Positions 26,890 to 36,777 of a stretch of DNA of 53,998 bases are shown here, piece after piece (position 1 is the first letter of the stretch; every line of letters starts with the position of its first letter). A program made the position numbers and the translations under genes. Source of the stretch: Escherichia phage vB_EcoM_DE15; the sequence record NC_079184.1; one strand, given 5' to 3'. The notes under the pieces were generated by a model. It saw only the letters and a list, made by a program, of their open reading frames with translations, was not told the DNA's origin and did no database searches.

Positions 26890-27495
26890 ATGTCTTGTAT
26901 GACTCAAGTTGTTGCTGTAAAGCGAGTGCATCCTAATGCGAAATTACCTGTGTACGCTACTGCTGGCGCTGCTGCTGCTGACGTTTGCACTATCTCCAAC
27001 AGCACTGTTGTTATCAATCCCGGCTGCTCTGCTGTTTTCGATACTGGCCTCCAGTTCGAGGTTCCAATTGGATACGAACTCAAAGTGCATAGCCGTTCTG
27101 GTCATGGCTTTAAGTCTGGTATTCGCCTGGCAAACTGTACAGGGATTCTGGACTCCGATTATCGTGGTAATCTTATGGTTAAGCTGCACAACGATTCGGA
27201 CACAGCCTTTGTGGTTCAGCCAGGTGAACGTATTTGTCAGGTGCAAGTTAGTAAAGCTACTCAACACCATTTCGTCGAAGTTGACCGCCTGAATGCAACT
27301 GGTCGTGGTGAAGGTGGATTTGGTTCTACTGGACGTGTAGAAGTTGGTGAGCATGGCAACAGTCGTGTAGCACCTGGCAGCTACGACCCAAGTATTACTG
27401 TGCCGTCGAATGGTTCACACTCACACATCATCACTGGCCCAAGTGGAGTCTACGACGTAGGAACTCCAACCCACAACCCCAACATTACCAAGTAA
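26890..27495 (+). CDS. dut: dUTPase with ~50-aa C-terminal extension
   Basis: GILDSDYRGNLMV (motif III) and RGEGGFGSTG (motif V). Confidence 0.75.
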   Translation: MSCMTQVVAVKRVHPNAKLPVYATAGAAAADVCTISNSTVVINPGCSAVFDTGLQFEVPIGYELKVHSRSGHGFKSGIRLANCTGILDSDYRGNLMVKLHNDSDTAFVVQPGERICQVQVSKATQHHFVEVDRLNATGRGEGGFGSTGRVEVGEHGNSRVAPGSYDPSITVPSNGSHSHIITGPSGVYDVGTPTHNPNITK

Positions 27496-27514
27496 TGTAC
27501 CTCATGGAGCATCC

Positions 27515-27721
27515 ATGTTAGAACAGTTGGAAGAACTTCTTTCACATCTTAATGCGGAAGATAACGAAATGGCCTTAGAGTTTAAGGCCAAGTTGAAACA
27601 ACTCCAGGATAAAGCAGACAAAGATGCCTTGTGGCGTGAGTGTCTGGTATCCGGTGGAGTTGATAATTGGTCCTGGTATTCCGAATCCCTTCAGGAGTAT
27701 TGGGACACCTACGGCTATTAA
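27515..27721 (+). CDS. Hypothetical protein (68 aa)
   Basis: ORF. Confidence 0.4.
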   Translation: MLEQLEELLSHLNAEDNEMALEFKAKLKQLQDKADKDALWRECLVSGGVDNWSWYSESLQEYWDTYGY

Positions 27722-27738
27722 TCTGGAACCTATCTGAA

Positions 27739-28068
27739 ATGAAACTGTCCTCACCTGTTGTAGTAAATAACCGCAAAGTTAAGTTTGCATATCTCAAGTC
27801 CAACGTTACCTCCACTGGTGGCGGGACTTATCTCACCCGTGCACTTGCAGTTCGCAATGAAACAGGTGCGGATGTTATCGTTTTCATGCTTCCTCATGGT
27901 GAGAACACAATCAAGAACGTCGAACGTATCAAGCGTGGGCGCGAAGATTTAATGTCGGCTGTTAAGCCGCTGATACTGCCATTTAAGATTGTGGTGGTTG
28001 TTGGTTCTACCCAAGCATATCTTGAAGATTTCTATAAAGATATGGCCTGGAGCGATATTAAATATTAA
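27739..28068 (+). CDS. Hypothetical protein (109 aa); possible small terminase subunit by position
   Basis: ATG 27739; upstream of large terminase. Confidence 0.3.
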   Translation: MKLSSPVVVNNRKVKFAYLKSNVTSTGGGTYLTRALAVRNETGADVIVFMLPHGENTIKNVERIKRGREDLMSAVKPLILPFKIVVVVGSTQAYLEDFYKDMAWSDIKY

Positions 28069-28123
28069 GCGACACGCATAATTAGGGAGGCTATCTGGCC
28101 TCCTATCTTATTCGGAGTCGCTT

Positions 28124-28309
28124 ATGCGCACAATACAATGTCCTAACTGCCATTATGAAATTGCAGAAGATGATTTCATAACGCAACAATGTCCTATCTG
28201 TGATTCATATATGCCACTAAACCGCCTGTATTTAAAGGCCGATTCTGGTTTAGGCAGCATCATTCGCATCAATCCCGTGCAAACTCAGCCATTAGTGGAT
28301 TGTGATTAA
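28124..28309 (+). CDS. Small zinc-ribbon protein
   Basis: CPNCHYEI...CPICDSYMP. Confidence 0.4.
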   Translation: MRTIQCPNCHYEIAEDDFITQQCPICDSYMPLNRLYLKADSGLGSIIRINPVQTQPLVDCD

Positions 28310-30347
28310 AAACAAAGAGAACGAATCAATGTCAAAGACTGATGACCTCGGACCGGAGTTTAATGATACAGTAGCCTCGTATCTTGCCAAGCACTACGGT
28401 GACGTATTAAAAGTCTCAAGAGAAAGATTCTGTATTCTATCTTTGCCATTGCTCCGTCGATATATTTCAGAAAATACTGCAATAGTTGACAGCTATGAAG
28501 AACAAATTCAAGCAGAGTTAGAAGGCCAGGGTCTTGAAAACGATGCTGTATTGCGTTCCGTTTTCAGAGCACAACTTGAGCGTCTTCGCTCTGGCGACAA
28601 GAAAGACTCAACTGCCTATGCAGACGAGTTGAAGAAAGGTATTCAAGCTGGTGTTACTGACCGTGTTGTGGGTTCTACTTTGGAAGAGCCAAACTCGGAA
28701 TACGATAACACCGATGAACTCGTAGACAAGATTCTGCACGACCCACATAACGTGGACCCAACTGTAATCCCTGCCAAGGTTGCAGAACGTGTTCGCAAAA
28801 TCTTGATGAAAAGTTTCGAAGCCTTTGGTAAATGGCAGTTCCATATCCAGATGGGATTTCCATTTCAAGCACAAGACTTTCACGATGTGATATTTAACGT
28901 TGGGCAAAAGGTTGTTGATGGTGAGATTGACCGCTTAATAGTGACCATTCCTCCACGACACTCTAAGACCCAGCTTATGAGTATTGCATTGCCCTTGTAT
29001 TCATTTTGCCACAATGAATCAAGTCACAACATTATCACCTCGTATGCAGAAGACGTTGTTCTTGAATCGAGTGGTTACATCCGTGCTGTAATGATGGACC
29101 CACTGTTCCAACGCATATTTCCGAAGGTGAGAATCGACCCCAACAAACGTTCACTTGAGCGTTGGGGTACAACCAAAGCTGGAGTTATGCACGCAGTACC
29201 TACTGGTGGTAAGCTAACTGGTAAAGGTGCTGGTCTTCTTGTTGCAAAATACTCCGGCTGTTTCGTGGTGGATGACGTTATCAAACCGAAAGATGCTTAC
29301 TCTGACACAGTTCGAGCAGAAATCAACGACCGATTTGATAACACCTTTATGTCCCGTCTTGCCAACGATGGTTGCATAACTGATTCATACGGAAACCAAA
29401 TTAAGTGTGCCCGTACACCAATGGTTATCATCATGCAGCGAGTTCATGACCAGGATTTAGTTGGTTACATACTCCGTGGTGGCTCTTCCGACAAATACCA
29501 TTATCTCAATATCCCAGCGATTATTGAGAAAGGTGTTGGAAGTGCTGAGTGGTATGATAAGTTAATCAAGAAGCAGAACTACACTCATGCTATTCCCATT
29601 CTGTATAATTTGAACAGGAAGGAAGAGAAGTCTGCATTATGGCCTTCACGTAAGAGTTTAGAATCTCTGGAGGCAATGAAAGAGTCTAACCCATACACAT
29701 ACAATTCACAGTATGCTGGCGACCCATCTGCACAAGGCCACGGCCTTATCAAAGAAGATTGGTGGCAAGAGTATGAACCAGACGTTTTCGACAGAAGTCG
29801 CATAGTCAGAAGTTTTATCACAGCGGATACGGCATCAACTGCCAAATCTTATTCTGATTATTCGGTCCTTAAGCATTGGGGCGTGACTAAAGAGCGTGAT
29901 GTTTATTGTTTAGATATTATGCTCGGTAAGTTTGAAACTCCAGAACTCAAGACTGCTATTATCGACTTCTGGAACAAATGCAACAAGTTGGACTTGAAAT
30001 GTGTAGGTTGTATTCCTCGTGCATTGTACATGGAAGACAAGTCTGCTGGACAATTCTTGAACCAACAATTCATTAGAGATGGGAGTGTCCGAGTTTTACC
30101 ACTGCCTCGTGATGGCATTAATGGTAATGACAAGGTAACTCGATTCCTTAACGCAATCCCATATTTCTCGCAAAAGAGAATATTCTTCCCTGCTGGTCAT
30201 GAACACATTGACCACGTTAGACGTGAAATACTTGGATTCACTTCTTTGGGTAGTGGTACTGGACACGACGATTGCGTCGATAACGTTTCAGATATGGTTG
30301 CAATCGAATTCTCTGGCCCAAGTGCCAACTACTCCGCATGGATGTAA
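28302..30347 (+). CDS. Terminase large subunit (alternative ATG start 28329)
   Basis: Size 681 aa, position before portal, ATPase/nuclease-like layout. Confidence 0.7.
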   Translation: MIKNKENESMSKTDDLGPEFNDTVASYLAKHYGDVLKVSRERFCILSLPLLRRYISENTAIVDSYEEQIQAELEGQGLENDAVLRSVFRAQLERLRSGDKKDSTAYADELKKGIQAGVTDRVVGSTLEEPNSEYDNTDELVDKILHDPHNVDPTVIPAKVAERVRKILMKSFEAFGKWQFHIQMGFPFQAQDFHDVIFNVGQKVVDGEIDRLIVTIPPRHSKTQLMSIALPLYSFCHNESSHNIITSYAEDVVLESSGYIRAVMMDPLFQRIFPKVRIDPNKRSLERWGTTKAGVMHAVPTGGKLTGKGAGLLVAKYSGCFVVDDVIKPKDAYSDTVRAEINDRFDNTFMSRLANDGCITDSYGNQIKCARTPMVIIMQRVHDQDLVGYILRGGSSDKYHYLNIPAIIEKGVGSAEWYDKLIKKQNYTHAIPILYNLNRKEEKSALWPSRKSLESLEAMKESNPYTYNSQYAGDPSAQGHGLIKEDWWQEYEPDVFDRSRIVRSFITADTASTAKSYSDYSVLKHWGVTKERDVYCLDIMLGKFETPELKTAIIDFWNKCNKLDLKCVGCIPRALYMEDKSAGQFLNQQFIRDGSVRVLPLPRDGINGNDKVTRFLNAIPYFSQKRIFFPAGHEHIDHVRREILGFTSLGSGTGHDDCVDNVSDMVAIEFSGPSANYSAWM

Positions 30348-30349
30348 AT

Positions 30350-30562
30350 ATGGCGGTTATCACTCGATTAGATGCCCGCTCACGCAAGAACAATTCCTTC
30401 CAGATTCAAGATTTGGAAGGAAACATTTTGTGTGTGATTGAGGCAGTTTCTACCACAGAGAGCGACTGTGTTAAGTTAAAGCACGAGTCAAATCTGCGAC
30501 TCCACACCTCCGACAACATTCAAATTGTTAAGGGTAATGGAACTATTCTAAGGAAGAAATAA
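30350..30562 (+). CDS. Hypothetical protein (70 aa)
   Basis: ATG after terminase stop. Confidence 0.35.
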   Translation: MAVITRLDARSRKNNSFQIQDLEGNILCVIEAVSTTESDCVKLKHESNLRLHTSDNIQIVKGNGTILRKK

Positions 30563-31878
30563 TGACTTCCAAGAAGAAAAACAATCTTTCTGTTAAAGTT
30601 GCAGATGGGTTAGAAAACCTTGTAACGGGGTTGGGCGGTCAGGCAGATAAGTCCACTTTTAACCAGTGGACTTTCTCAAACAAGAACGCGAACTATCGCG
30701 AACTTATGAACCGCTTCCGTGAGGATTGGGTGGCACAGAAAGTGTGTACCGTTATTCCTCAAGATATGACGCGTAAGTGGCGACATATTGATAGTGAAGA
30801 AGGACGCAAAGCGGATAAGAAACTTCGTATTCGTAAGCTGTTCCGTGAAGCATATCAATGGGCCAGATTGTATGGTACTTCATTTGTTCTGCTCGACCTG
30901 AAAGGTACGGGTAAACTCGATACGCCGTTGCGACTGGATAACTTGAAGACTGGATGTATTAAATCCATGAGAGTTATTGACCGCTCACGCCTATTTGCCG
31001 CAGGGACTATGGTTCTGGACCCTTTGAGTCCTCACTATGGTTTGCCAGAGTATTACACTTTGGCTGGGTATCCCGGCTATATCCATTACACTCGTTTCCT
31101 TCGGTTCGAGGGTACTGAACTACCGCTGTTCGAATTCCAACGTAACATGTGGTATTCCGATTCGGTACTTATTCCACTGCTGAAAACGATTGACCAATTC
31201 TATACAACTGCTGCTGCTGCTGCCAGCCTTGCCCAAGAAGCCACCATTGATGTGGTAACTGTTGAAGGCTTGCAATCTTTGCTTACATCACCGGAAGGTG
31301 AAGCTGCTGTGATGAAGCGCTTCAAACTTATGAAGCTGGCAAAGAGTATTTATAACGTCTTAATTCTCGATAACACTGAGAAGTATGACACCAAGTCAAT
31401 TGCACTATCTGGTGTGAAAGATTTGATTTGGGAATACTTGAAGATAGTTGCTGCCGCAGTTGGTATTCCGGCTACACGTTTCCTTTCTGCATCTCCAGAC
31501 GGTATGAATGCTACGGGCGAATCTGACCTCGTAAACTATATCGACTTGTTGACTGGCTTGCAGACTTCTGTGTTCGACCCTCGTTTAGATGTGGTAGACA
31601 AGATTGTCCAGGCGCACTTTGGCATTGAAGAATATAACTACGAATGGTTAGATATCTTCCCTGAATCCAATGTTGAGAAAGCGAAGCGAGCTAAAGATTT
31701 GGCATTTGCTGTTGACCTGCTGGTTAACAACGGTACTATCACTACCGAAGTTGCAAACGAAGTCATGTTCCATTCGGGCGTGTTCGGAACTTGTGACCTT
31801 GGCAAACCAAATCCTAATCCTCCTAACATCCAAAAGGGTAACGCAAGTGAAGCAAAACCAAAACCTGGTTCAGCTTAA
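30562..31878 (+). CDS. Portal protein (putative)
   Basis: Position after terminase, 438 aa. Confidence 0.5.
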   Translation: MTSKKKNNLSVKVADGLENLVTGLGGQADKSTFNQWTFSNKNANYRELMNRFREDWVAQKVCTVIPQDMTRKWRHIDSEEGRKADKKLRIRKLFREAYQWARLYGTSFVLLDLKGTGKLDTPLRLDNLKTGCIKSMRVIDRSRLFAAGTMVLDPLSPHYGLPEYYTLAGYPGYIHYTRFLRFEGTELPLFEFQRNMWYSDSVLIPLLKTIDQFYTTAAAAASLAQEATIDVVTVEGLQSLLTSPEGEAAVMKRFKLMKLAKSIYNVLILDNTEKYDTKSIALSGVKDLIWEYLKIVAAAVGIPATRFLSASPDGMNATGESDLVNYIDLLTGLQTSVFDPRLDVVDKIVQAHFGIEEYNYEWLDIFPESNVEKAKRAKDLAFAVDLLVNNGTITTEVANEVMFHSGVFGTCDLGKPNPNPPNIQKGNASEAKPKPGSA

Positions 31879-32911
31879 CGACGAAGATACCGTGAATGAA
31901 GTAGTTTTGTTGAACGACAAGGCTACTTTAACGACCCGTCGTTTACGTGACTCTGGCGAAATGATTGCAGAATGCACCATCGCTCGTACTGGCATTATGC
32001 TGTACAAGGCGAAAGAACTTGGTGAAATTGCAAAACATCTGGACCCAGAATCTATTTGCCGTGTTCGTACCAAGCCGGAAGTATTATTTGACGAAGCAAC
32101 CATCGAAGGCTGTCGTTCAATCCCGGTTACTATCGGCCATCCGAAAAATGATGTTAACATCAAGAACAACAAAGAACTCCAGAAAGGGTTCATCGAAGGG
32201 CGTCCAGTTGCAGACGGTTCTTTCTTAGCTGCATCAATCGTTTTGAATGACGAGCAAGCTATTCGATTAGTTGATTCTGGTGTTGACCAAATCTCCTTGG
32301 GCCATAATGCTGAACTGGCTGTATCAGAAGATGATGAAGCCGACTTCGATAAAGTTCGCATTATCCCTAACCATGCTGCAATTGTTGTTCGTGGTCGTGC
32401 TCAGACTACTCGCATTGGTGACTCTGGTGAAGAGATTGCCATTGTTGATAAGGCAACCTTTGACGTTGTTGAAGCAGAGCGTGATGCAGCGCTTGACAAG
32501 ATTAGTGTCCTTGAGCAGAAACTTGCTGATGCAGAAACTGCACGACTATCCGATGAAGCCATTCAGGCTGAGGTAGACAAACGTGTAATTGCTCGTACAG
32601 CACTGCTTGTTGATGTGGCACGTCTTGGCGACGAGTTCTCCAACCTCGATTTCTCCGGCAAAACCGATGCAGAAATTAAGTTGGCTGTAGTTAATAAATT
32701 GCATGACAAGGATTTCAGCGATAAGAGCGAAGACTATATCTCCGCCCGTTTCGATGCGGCTCTTGAAGATTGCGATTCCATTACTTTGGGAGATGCCCTG
32801 AATCAGTCTATGCAATTCTCTGCTAAGAAAGATTCAGAAGCTCGTAAACCTAAAGTTTCTATTTCCGAAGAAGCTAACAAACGTCGTTTAGAACGCTTCA
32901 ACTCTTTATAA
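31847..32911 (+). CDS. Putative prohead protease / scaffolding protein (GTG start; ORF track 31670)
   Basis: Coiled-coil acidic C-terminal half; position between portal and capsid. Confidence 0.45.
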   Translation: MKQNQNLVQLNDEDTVNEVVLLNDKATLTTRRLRDSGEMIAECTIARTGIMLYKAKELGEIAKHLDPESICRVRTKPEVLFDEATIEGCRSIPVTIGHPKNDVNIKNNKELQKGFIEGRPVADGSFLAASIVLNDEQAIRLVDSGVDQISLGHNAELAVSEDDEADFDKVRIIPNHAAIVVRGRAQTTRIGDSGEEIAIVDKATFDVVEAERDAALDKISVLEQKLADAETARLSDEAIQAEVDKRVIARTALLVDVARLGDEFSNLDFSGKTDAEIKLAVVNKLHDKDFSDKSEDYISARFDAALEDCDSITLGDALNQSMQFSAKKDSEARKPKVSISEEANKRRLERFNSL

Positions 32912-32920
32912 GGTAAGACA

Positions 32921-33394
32921 ATGCCAAAGCAAGATTGGTCTATTAATACTGGTGAAGCATATGCAGGTGAACAATATGGCCTGGCTACCACCAACTCCCA
33001 GCGCCTGACCTACGTTGCCGAAGAAGAAATGGCAAACTTTGGTCTGGCTGTTGTTCAGGGCACGGCCTCTAATCAGGTTAAACCTGGTATTGAAGCAGAC
33101 GGCACTGTTCTGGGCATTACCATGCGCCAGATTAACATCGAATCAGCCACTCGTCCTGGTGACGGTACTGTTGCTATTAAAGTTGGCTGGCCTCTGGGCG
33201 TTATGCTGTCTGGCCCAATCATGGTCAAACTGAAAACCGCAATCACCGATAAAGACATTGGCGTATCTGACACTGGTCAATTTGGTGGCGTTGGTGCTGG
33301 CTATACTAAAGCAACCAACCTGACTGCACTTCGTTATCCGGCTGCTGCTGGTGATGTTGTTCCGGTAATGATTAACGTAGTCCCAAAGCCGTAA
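32921..33394 (+). CDS. Head structural / decoration-like protein (157 aa), highly expressed
   Basis: Host-like codon usage; slippery CCCAAAG 6 codons before stop. Confidence 0.5.
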   Translation: MPKQDWSINTGEAYAGEQYGLATTNSQRLTYVAEEEMANFGLAVVQGTASNQVKPGIEADGTVLGITMRQINIESATRPGDGTVAIKVGWPLGVMLSGPIMVKLKTAITDKDIGVSDTGQFGGVGAGYTKATNLTALRYPAAAGDVVPVMINVVPKP

Positions 33395-33969
33395 CGCCAC
33401 CTCCAGCTCCTGCGGTGTCTGCTGTAGCAGGGACTGTAACTGCGGACGCATCTGCATCTGATGCCACTGTAACTGTAGACAAACTGTTTACGTTTGAGAA
33501 CTCTACAGCAACAGATTACAACTTCGCCGTTACTCCTGCTGTAGCTGGTGTTTCTGTGGCGGCAAACGGCACTGTGACTGTACTAAGTGCAACGACTACA
33601 GCCACTTCTGCGACAATCAAGGCAACGAATAAAACAGAGCCTGGTGTAACTGCATCTAAAGTGATTACGATTAAGCCTAAACCTCCTGCACCTACGGTGT
33701 CTGCTGTAGCTGGAGTTGTAACGGCTGATGCGTCTTCTACTGATGCCACTGTAACTGTAGACAAACTGTTCAAGTTTGGTAACTCTGCAGCAACAGACTA
33801 CACCTACGCTATTACGCCTCCTGTGATTGGCGTTTCTGTGGCTGCAAACGGTACTGTAACCGTCTTGAATGAGACAACTACCGATACCTCTGCCACGGTT
33901 AAGGCAACAAACAAAACAACCTCCAGCGTGACTGCAACTAAAGAAATTGCTATTACGCCGAAGTCTTAA
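33382..33969 (+). CDS. -1 frameshift extension of the previous gene adding two tandem ~95-aa Ig-like repeats
   Basis: No start codon or RBS; -1 frame opens at 33376; repeats share SAVAG..TADAS..DATVTVDKLF..GVSVAANGTVTVL..KATNKT. Confidence 0.5.
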   Translation, partial: PKAVTPPPAPAVSAVAGTVTADASASDATVTVDKLFTFENSTATDYNFAVTPAVAGVSVAANGTVTVLSATTTATSATIKATNKTEPGVTASKVITIKPKPPAPTVSAVAGVVTADASSTDATVTVDKLFKFGNSAATDYTYAITPPVIGVSVAANGTVTVLNETTTDTSATVKATNKTTSSVTATKEIAITPKS

Positions 33970-33977
33970 GTTGTGAT

Positions 33978-33998
33978 GGCGCAATTAATAGTTGCGCC
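33978..33998 (+). other. 7-bp stem-loop GGCGCAA-TTAATAG-TTGCGCC between Ig-like extension and capsid gene
   Basis: Read from sequence. Confidence 0.4.
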
Positions 33999-34024
33999 TC
34001 ACCAAACAAAACGGATTAATTTAC

Positions 34025-35032
34025 ATGCCTAAGATGATTAAACTGGCGGACGGTTCTGAATTCGAACTGAACGACGCTATCACCCGTATTCAGGATTCTG
34101 GCACTGTTGTCCTGAATGACGACGATGCAGTATTCTTTCAACGCCAGCTTGAGTACATTGAAGCTCAAACTTACGACACTCTGTATCCAGAACTGGAAGC
34201 TCGTGCTGCTTTCGGTGTGGACACTACTGGTGGTGCTGGCGTAAACACTCTGACCTACCGTTCTTACAACCATGTTGGTAAAGCTCAGGTAATTAACGCC
34301 CGTGCAACCGACCTGCCTAAATCCAGCATTTCTGGTAAAGAATACAGTATCCCTGTTAAATCTGTTGGTACTGCATTCGACTACGATATTGATGAAGTGG
34401 CATCCGCTGCTGTTACTGGCCTCCCGCTGGAAACTCGTAAAGCAAATGCTGCTATTCGTGGTTACGAACAGTATGTTAACTCTGCTGCATGGTACGGCGA
34501 TAAAGCTAACGGCTTTGTTGGCTTCTTCGAAAACCCAGACATTACCAAAGCAACTGTTGCTCAGGGTGCTGGCGGTTCTACCAAGTGGGCCGAAAAGACC
34601 CCGACCGAAGTTATTGCTGACCTGACTGCTGCTGTGTCTGCAATGTATGCTTCTACTCTGAAAATCATGCGCCCGGACGAAATCTGGATGCCTGTCGAGC
34701 ATGAGCAGTACATCTTCAACACTGCACGTTCTGAGCAGTCTGACAAGACGATTGGTCAATTCTTCATTGACAACAACCAGTTCATCAACTCCCGCGATAA
34801 AATCAAGGGTCTGAACGCAATCAAAGGCCATGGCGATTCTGGTTCTGATTGCTTCGTCGTTGTTTGCCGCAATGCAATGGGCAACCGTACTTTCCGTCTG
34901 CGTGAGCCTCTGCCGCTGACCTGGCAACCAGTACAGCTTCATGGCCTGGTTTATGAAGTTCCTGGCCGTGGTCGTTTCGCTGGCTTCCAAGCGATGTATC
35001 CGGCAGCAATCTCCATCAACTCCGGCATCTGA
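34025..35032 (+). CDS. Major capsid protein (putative)
   Basis: 335 aa, host-like codon usage, position after scaffold; ATG 34025 preferred over TTG 33992. Confidence 0.65.
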   Translation: MPKMIKLADGSEFELNDAITRIQDSGTVVLNDDDAVFFQRQLEYIEAQTYDTLYPELEARAAFGVDTTGGAGVNTLTYRSYNHVGKAQVINARATDLPKSSISGKEYSIPVKSVGTAFDYDIDEVASAAVTGLPLETRKANAAIRGYEQYVNSAAWYGDKANGFVGFFENPDITKATVAQGAGGSTKWAEKTPTEVIADLTAAVSAMYASTLKIMRPDEIWMPVEHEQYIFNTARSEQSDKTIGQFFIDNNQFINSRDKIKGLNAIKGHGDSGSDCFVVVCRNAMGNRTFRLREPLPLTWQPVQLHGLVYEVPGRGRFAGFQAMYPAAISINSGI

Positions 35033-35038
35033 TAAATA

Positions 35039-35058
35039 GGGCGGGACTATTCTCGCCC
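35039..35058 (+). terminator. Strong hairpin GGGCGGGA-CTAT-TCTCGCCC after capsid gene
   Basis: Read from sequence; no clear U-tract. Confidence 0.4.
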
Positions 35059-35078
35059 ATAACTTAAGAGAAATAGTA

Positions 35079-35519
35079 ATGCAGATTAAGAACAACGAAT
35101 CACGCAACCTTCAATTCTTCTTCTACAAGAAGGGAAAGTCTGGCAAAGCTGAACTGGACTTTGTTCACATTCCTGGTGGCGCAACTGTAGAAATCGACGA
35201 TGAAATCTACAAATCTCTTACGGCATCTCTGACGGAAGTTGAAGAACTGCGCGAAGAAGTGGTTCCGCTTGATGACGAGAATATCGGTGCTTCTGTTAAG
35301 ACCGGTAAAGAAGCTCTTGTCATTAAAGAGTATTACAGCACTGGCAAAACTCGCAAAGTCAACCTGGTTAAAGAGGCAATCAAAGCTGGCTCTCTTACCA
35401 TTGTTGAACGTGTGAAAGTTGGTATGCCTGACATTGATGCTATTCTGACTAAGAATGGTATTGATATTAAGGGTATGCCGGAAGACGTTAAACTGGCACT
35501 CTACGATAAGTTGGCGTAA
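35079..35519 (+). CDS. Virion protein (head-tail joining region)
   Basis: ORF, position. Confidence 0.4.
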   Translation: MQIKNNESRNLQFFFYKKGKSGKAELDFVHIPGGATVEIDDEIYKSLTASLTEVEELREEVVPLDDENIGASVKTGKEALVIKEYYSTGKTRKVNLVKEAIKAGSLTIVERVKVGMPDIDAILTKNGIDIKGMPEDVKLALYDKLA

Positions 35520-35909
35520 ATGATAACACTGACCGATTTGGTTAAACGTTATCCGGCAATGGCTGACATGACCTCAGAGCGTTTTGATATTCTAGTTGAA
35601 GATGCAAAACTTATCATGGGGACAATCGAATCGCGTTGGTGTGGGTTTTATGACCCAGCTATGGCATCACTTATAGCGCATTGGTCTGCAACAATTGATG
35701 ACCTAATGCCTGGTGATGCCGCAATGCCAGCTATGCCTGTTAGTCGTACCGATGTGGACGATGTTCAGGTAGAGTTTAGCGACCGAATCATTTCAACAAT
35801 TCCTTATGTTGAAGCTGATTTCATGTCTACTGTGTACGGTCAACGTTACTTGCAATGGCGGCGAATGGCATTTGCTGGGCCGAGGGTTAGCCCTGGGTCG
35901 CAGTTTTGA
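35520..35909 (+). CDS. Head-tail connector/completion protein (putative)
   Basis: ORF, position. Confidence 0.4.
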   Translation: MITLTDLVKRYPAMADMTSERFDILVEDAKLIMGTIESRWCGFYDPAMASLIAHWSATIDDLMPGDAAMPAMPVSRTDVDDVQVEFSDRIISTIPYVEADFMSTVYGQRYLQWRRMAFAGPRVSPGSQF

Positions 35910-36268
35910 TTAACCAGCGTCGGGCATTTAACCGCTACACAACCACTCGTATGTATCTTGAGGTATATCAAGAAGGTTACTACGATGACAAAAATAATTG
36001 GGTTGGTGATTCATATGCTCCAAAGAAACCCATCCGATGTACTCCCATACCTTATGGTGACAGGGATTCTGGCGTAAGCGGTCAATCGCTTAAAGCTACA
36101 GAAGTCGGAGAGCGCCAACCTGCATTCATGCAAGTACATTCCCGAACTGAAATGCCGATGAAGTCTATCCTAACTATCTACGGCCTTCGTTATAAAGTTA
36201 TTTCTGTTTCTGACTACAAGGCAGCTGGATTCTTTGAAGTCATTGCTGCAAAGGAGCTAGAGAAATGA
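35906..36268 (+). CDS. Head-tail connector/completion protein (putative)
   Basis: ORF, position. Confidence 0.4.
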   Translation: MINQRRAFNRYTTTRMYLEVYQEGYYDDKNNWVGDSYAPKKPIRCTPIPYGDRDSGVSGQSLKATEVGERQPAFMQVHSRTEMPMKSILTIYGLRYKVISVSDYKAAGFFEVIAAKELEK

Positions 36269-36777
36269 TTTATGATGAAGATATTCAGGCGATGAAGGAT
36301 ATTGTGGACGTCTGTGTTGGCGTCCCACGCTTCTCTTATGAGATGCAGATAAACGCACCTCGACCATCTGATAACTATGCCGCAATAAAATGTGTGTCGT
36401 CAGTTAATCCAGGCTTTGATGAAACTCGAATCGAAGTACGCGATGGTGAGGAGGTATTTGTTACGAGAGGGATTCGAATCTTAACCTTCTATATTCTCTT
36501 CTCACGTCGTGGGAGTGAATATGTTAAGTTTGATAATTCCTTCTTCCGTCCAGATGTTCAGGCCATGCTTAAGAGCAAGGGCTTTGCAACACTTGACAAA
36601 AATCCACTGAATCTTGCCTCGTTAACTCTTGAGACGAATTGGGAATTCCGAGAAGGAATCCAAATCAAATTCAATGTTCTACGTGAAGACGTAATGAGCA
36701 TTGGAACAATGTCTGACGCCAGTGTTGGCGGCAAATTCTACGACGGTGGTGAACCCATCCTAATTAAGGGAATCTAA
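36265..36777 (+). CDS. Tail completion protein (putative)
   Basis: ORF, position. Confidence 0.4.
   Translation: MIYDEDIQAMKDIVDVCVGVPRFSYEMQINAPRPSDNYAAIKCVSSVNPGFDETRIEVRDGEEVFVTRGIRILTFYILFSRRGSEYVKFDNSFFRPDVQAMLKSKGFATLDKNPLNLASLTLETNWEFREGIQIKFNVLREDVMSIGTMSDASVGGKFYDGGEPILIKGI

Noticed and set aside
31670-32911. 413-aa version of the scaffold ORF starting at 31670
   Set aside because: Would overlap the portal gene by ~200 nt; in-frame GTG 31847 with an upstream purine-rich stretch is more plausible.
33415-33969. Ig-like repeat ORF as an independent gene
   Set aside because: No ATG and no RBS; the frame opens 6 nt before a canonical slippery heptamer in the upstream gene, so a frameshift fusion is more parsimonious.
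34016-35107. 363-aa minus-strand ORF overlapping the capsid gene
   Set aside because: Antisense to a well-supported, highly expressed + strand gene; no RBS; every other credible gene is on the + strand.
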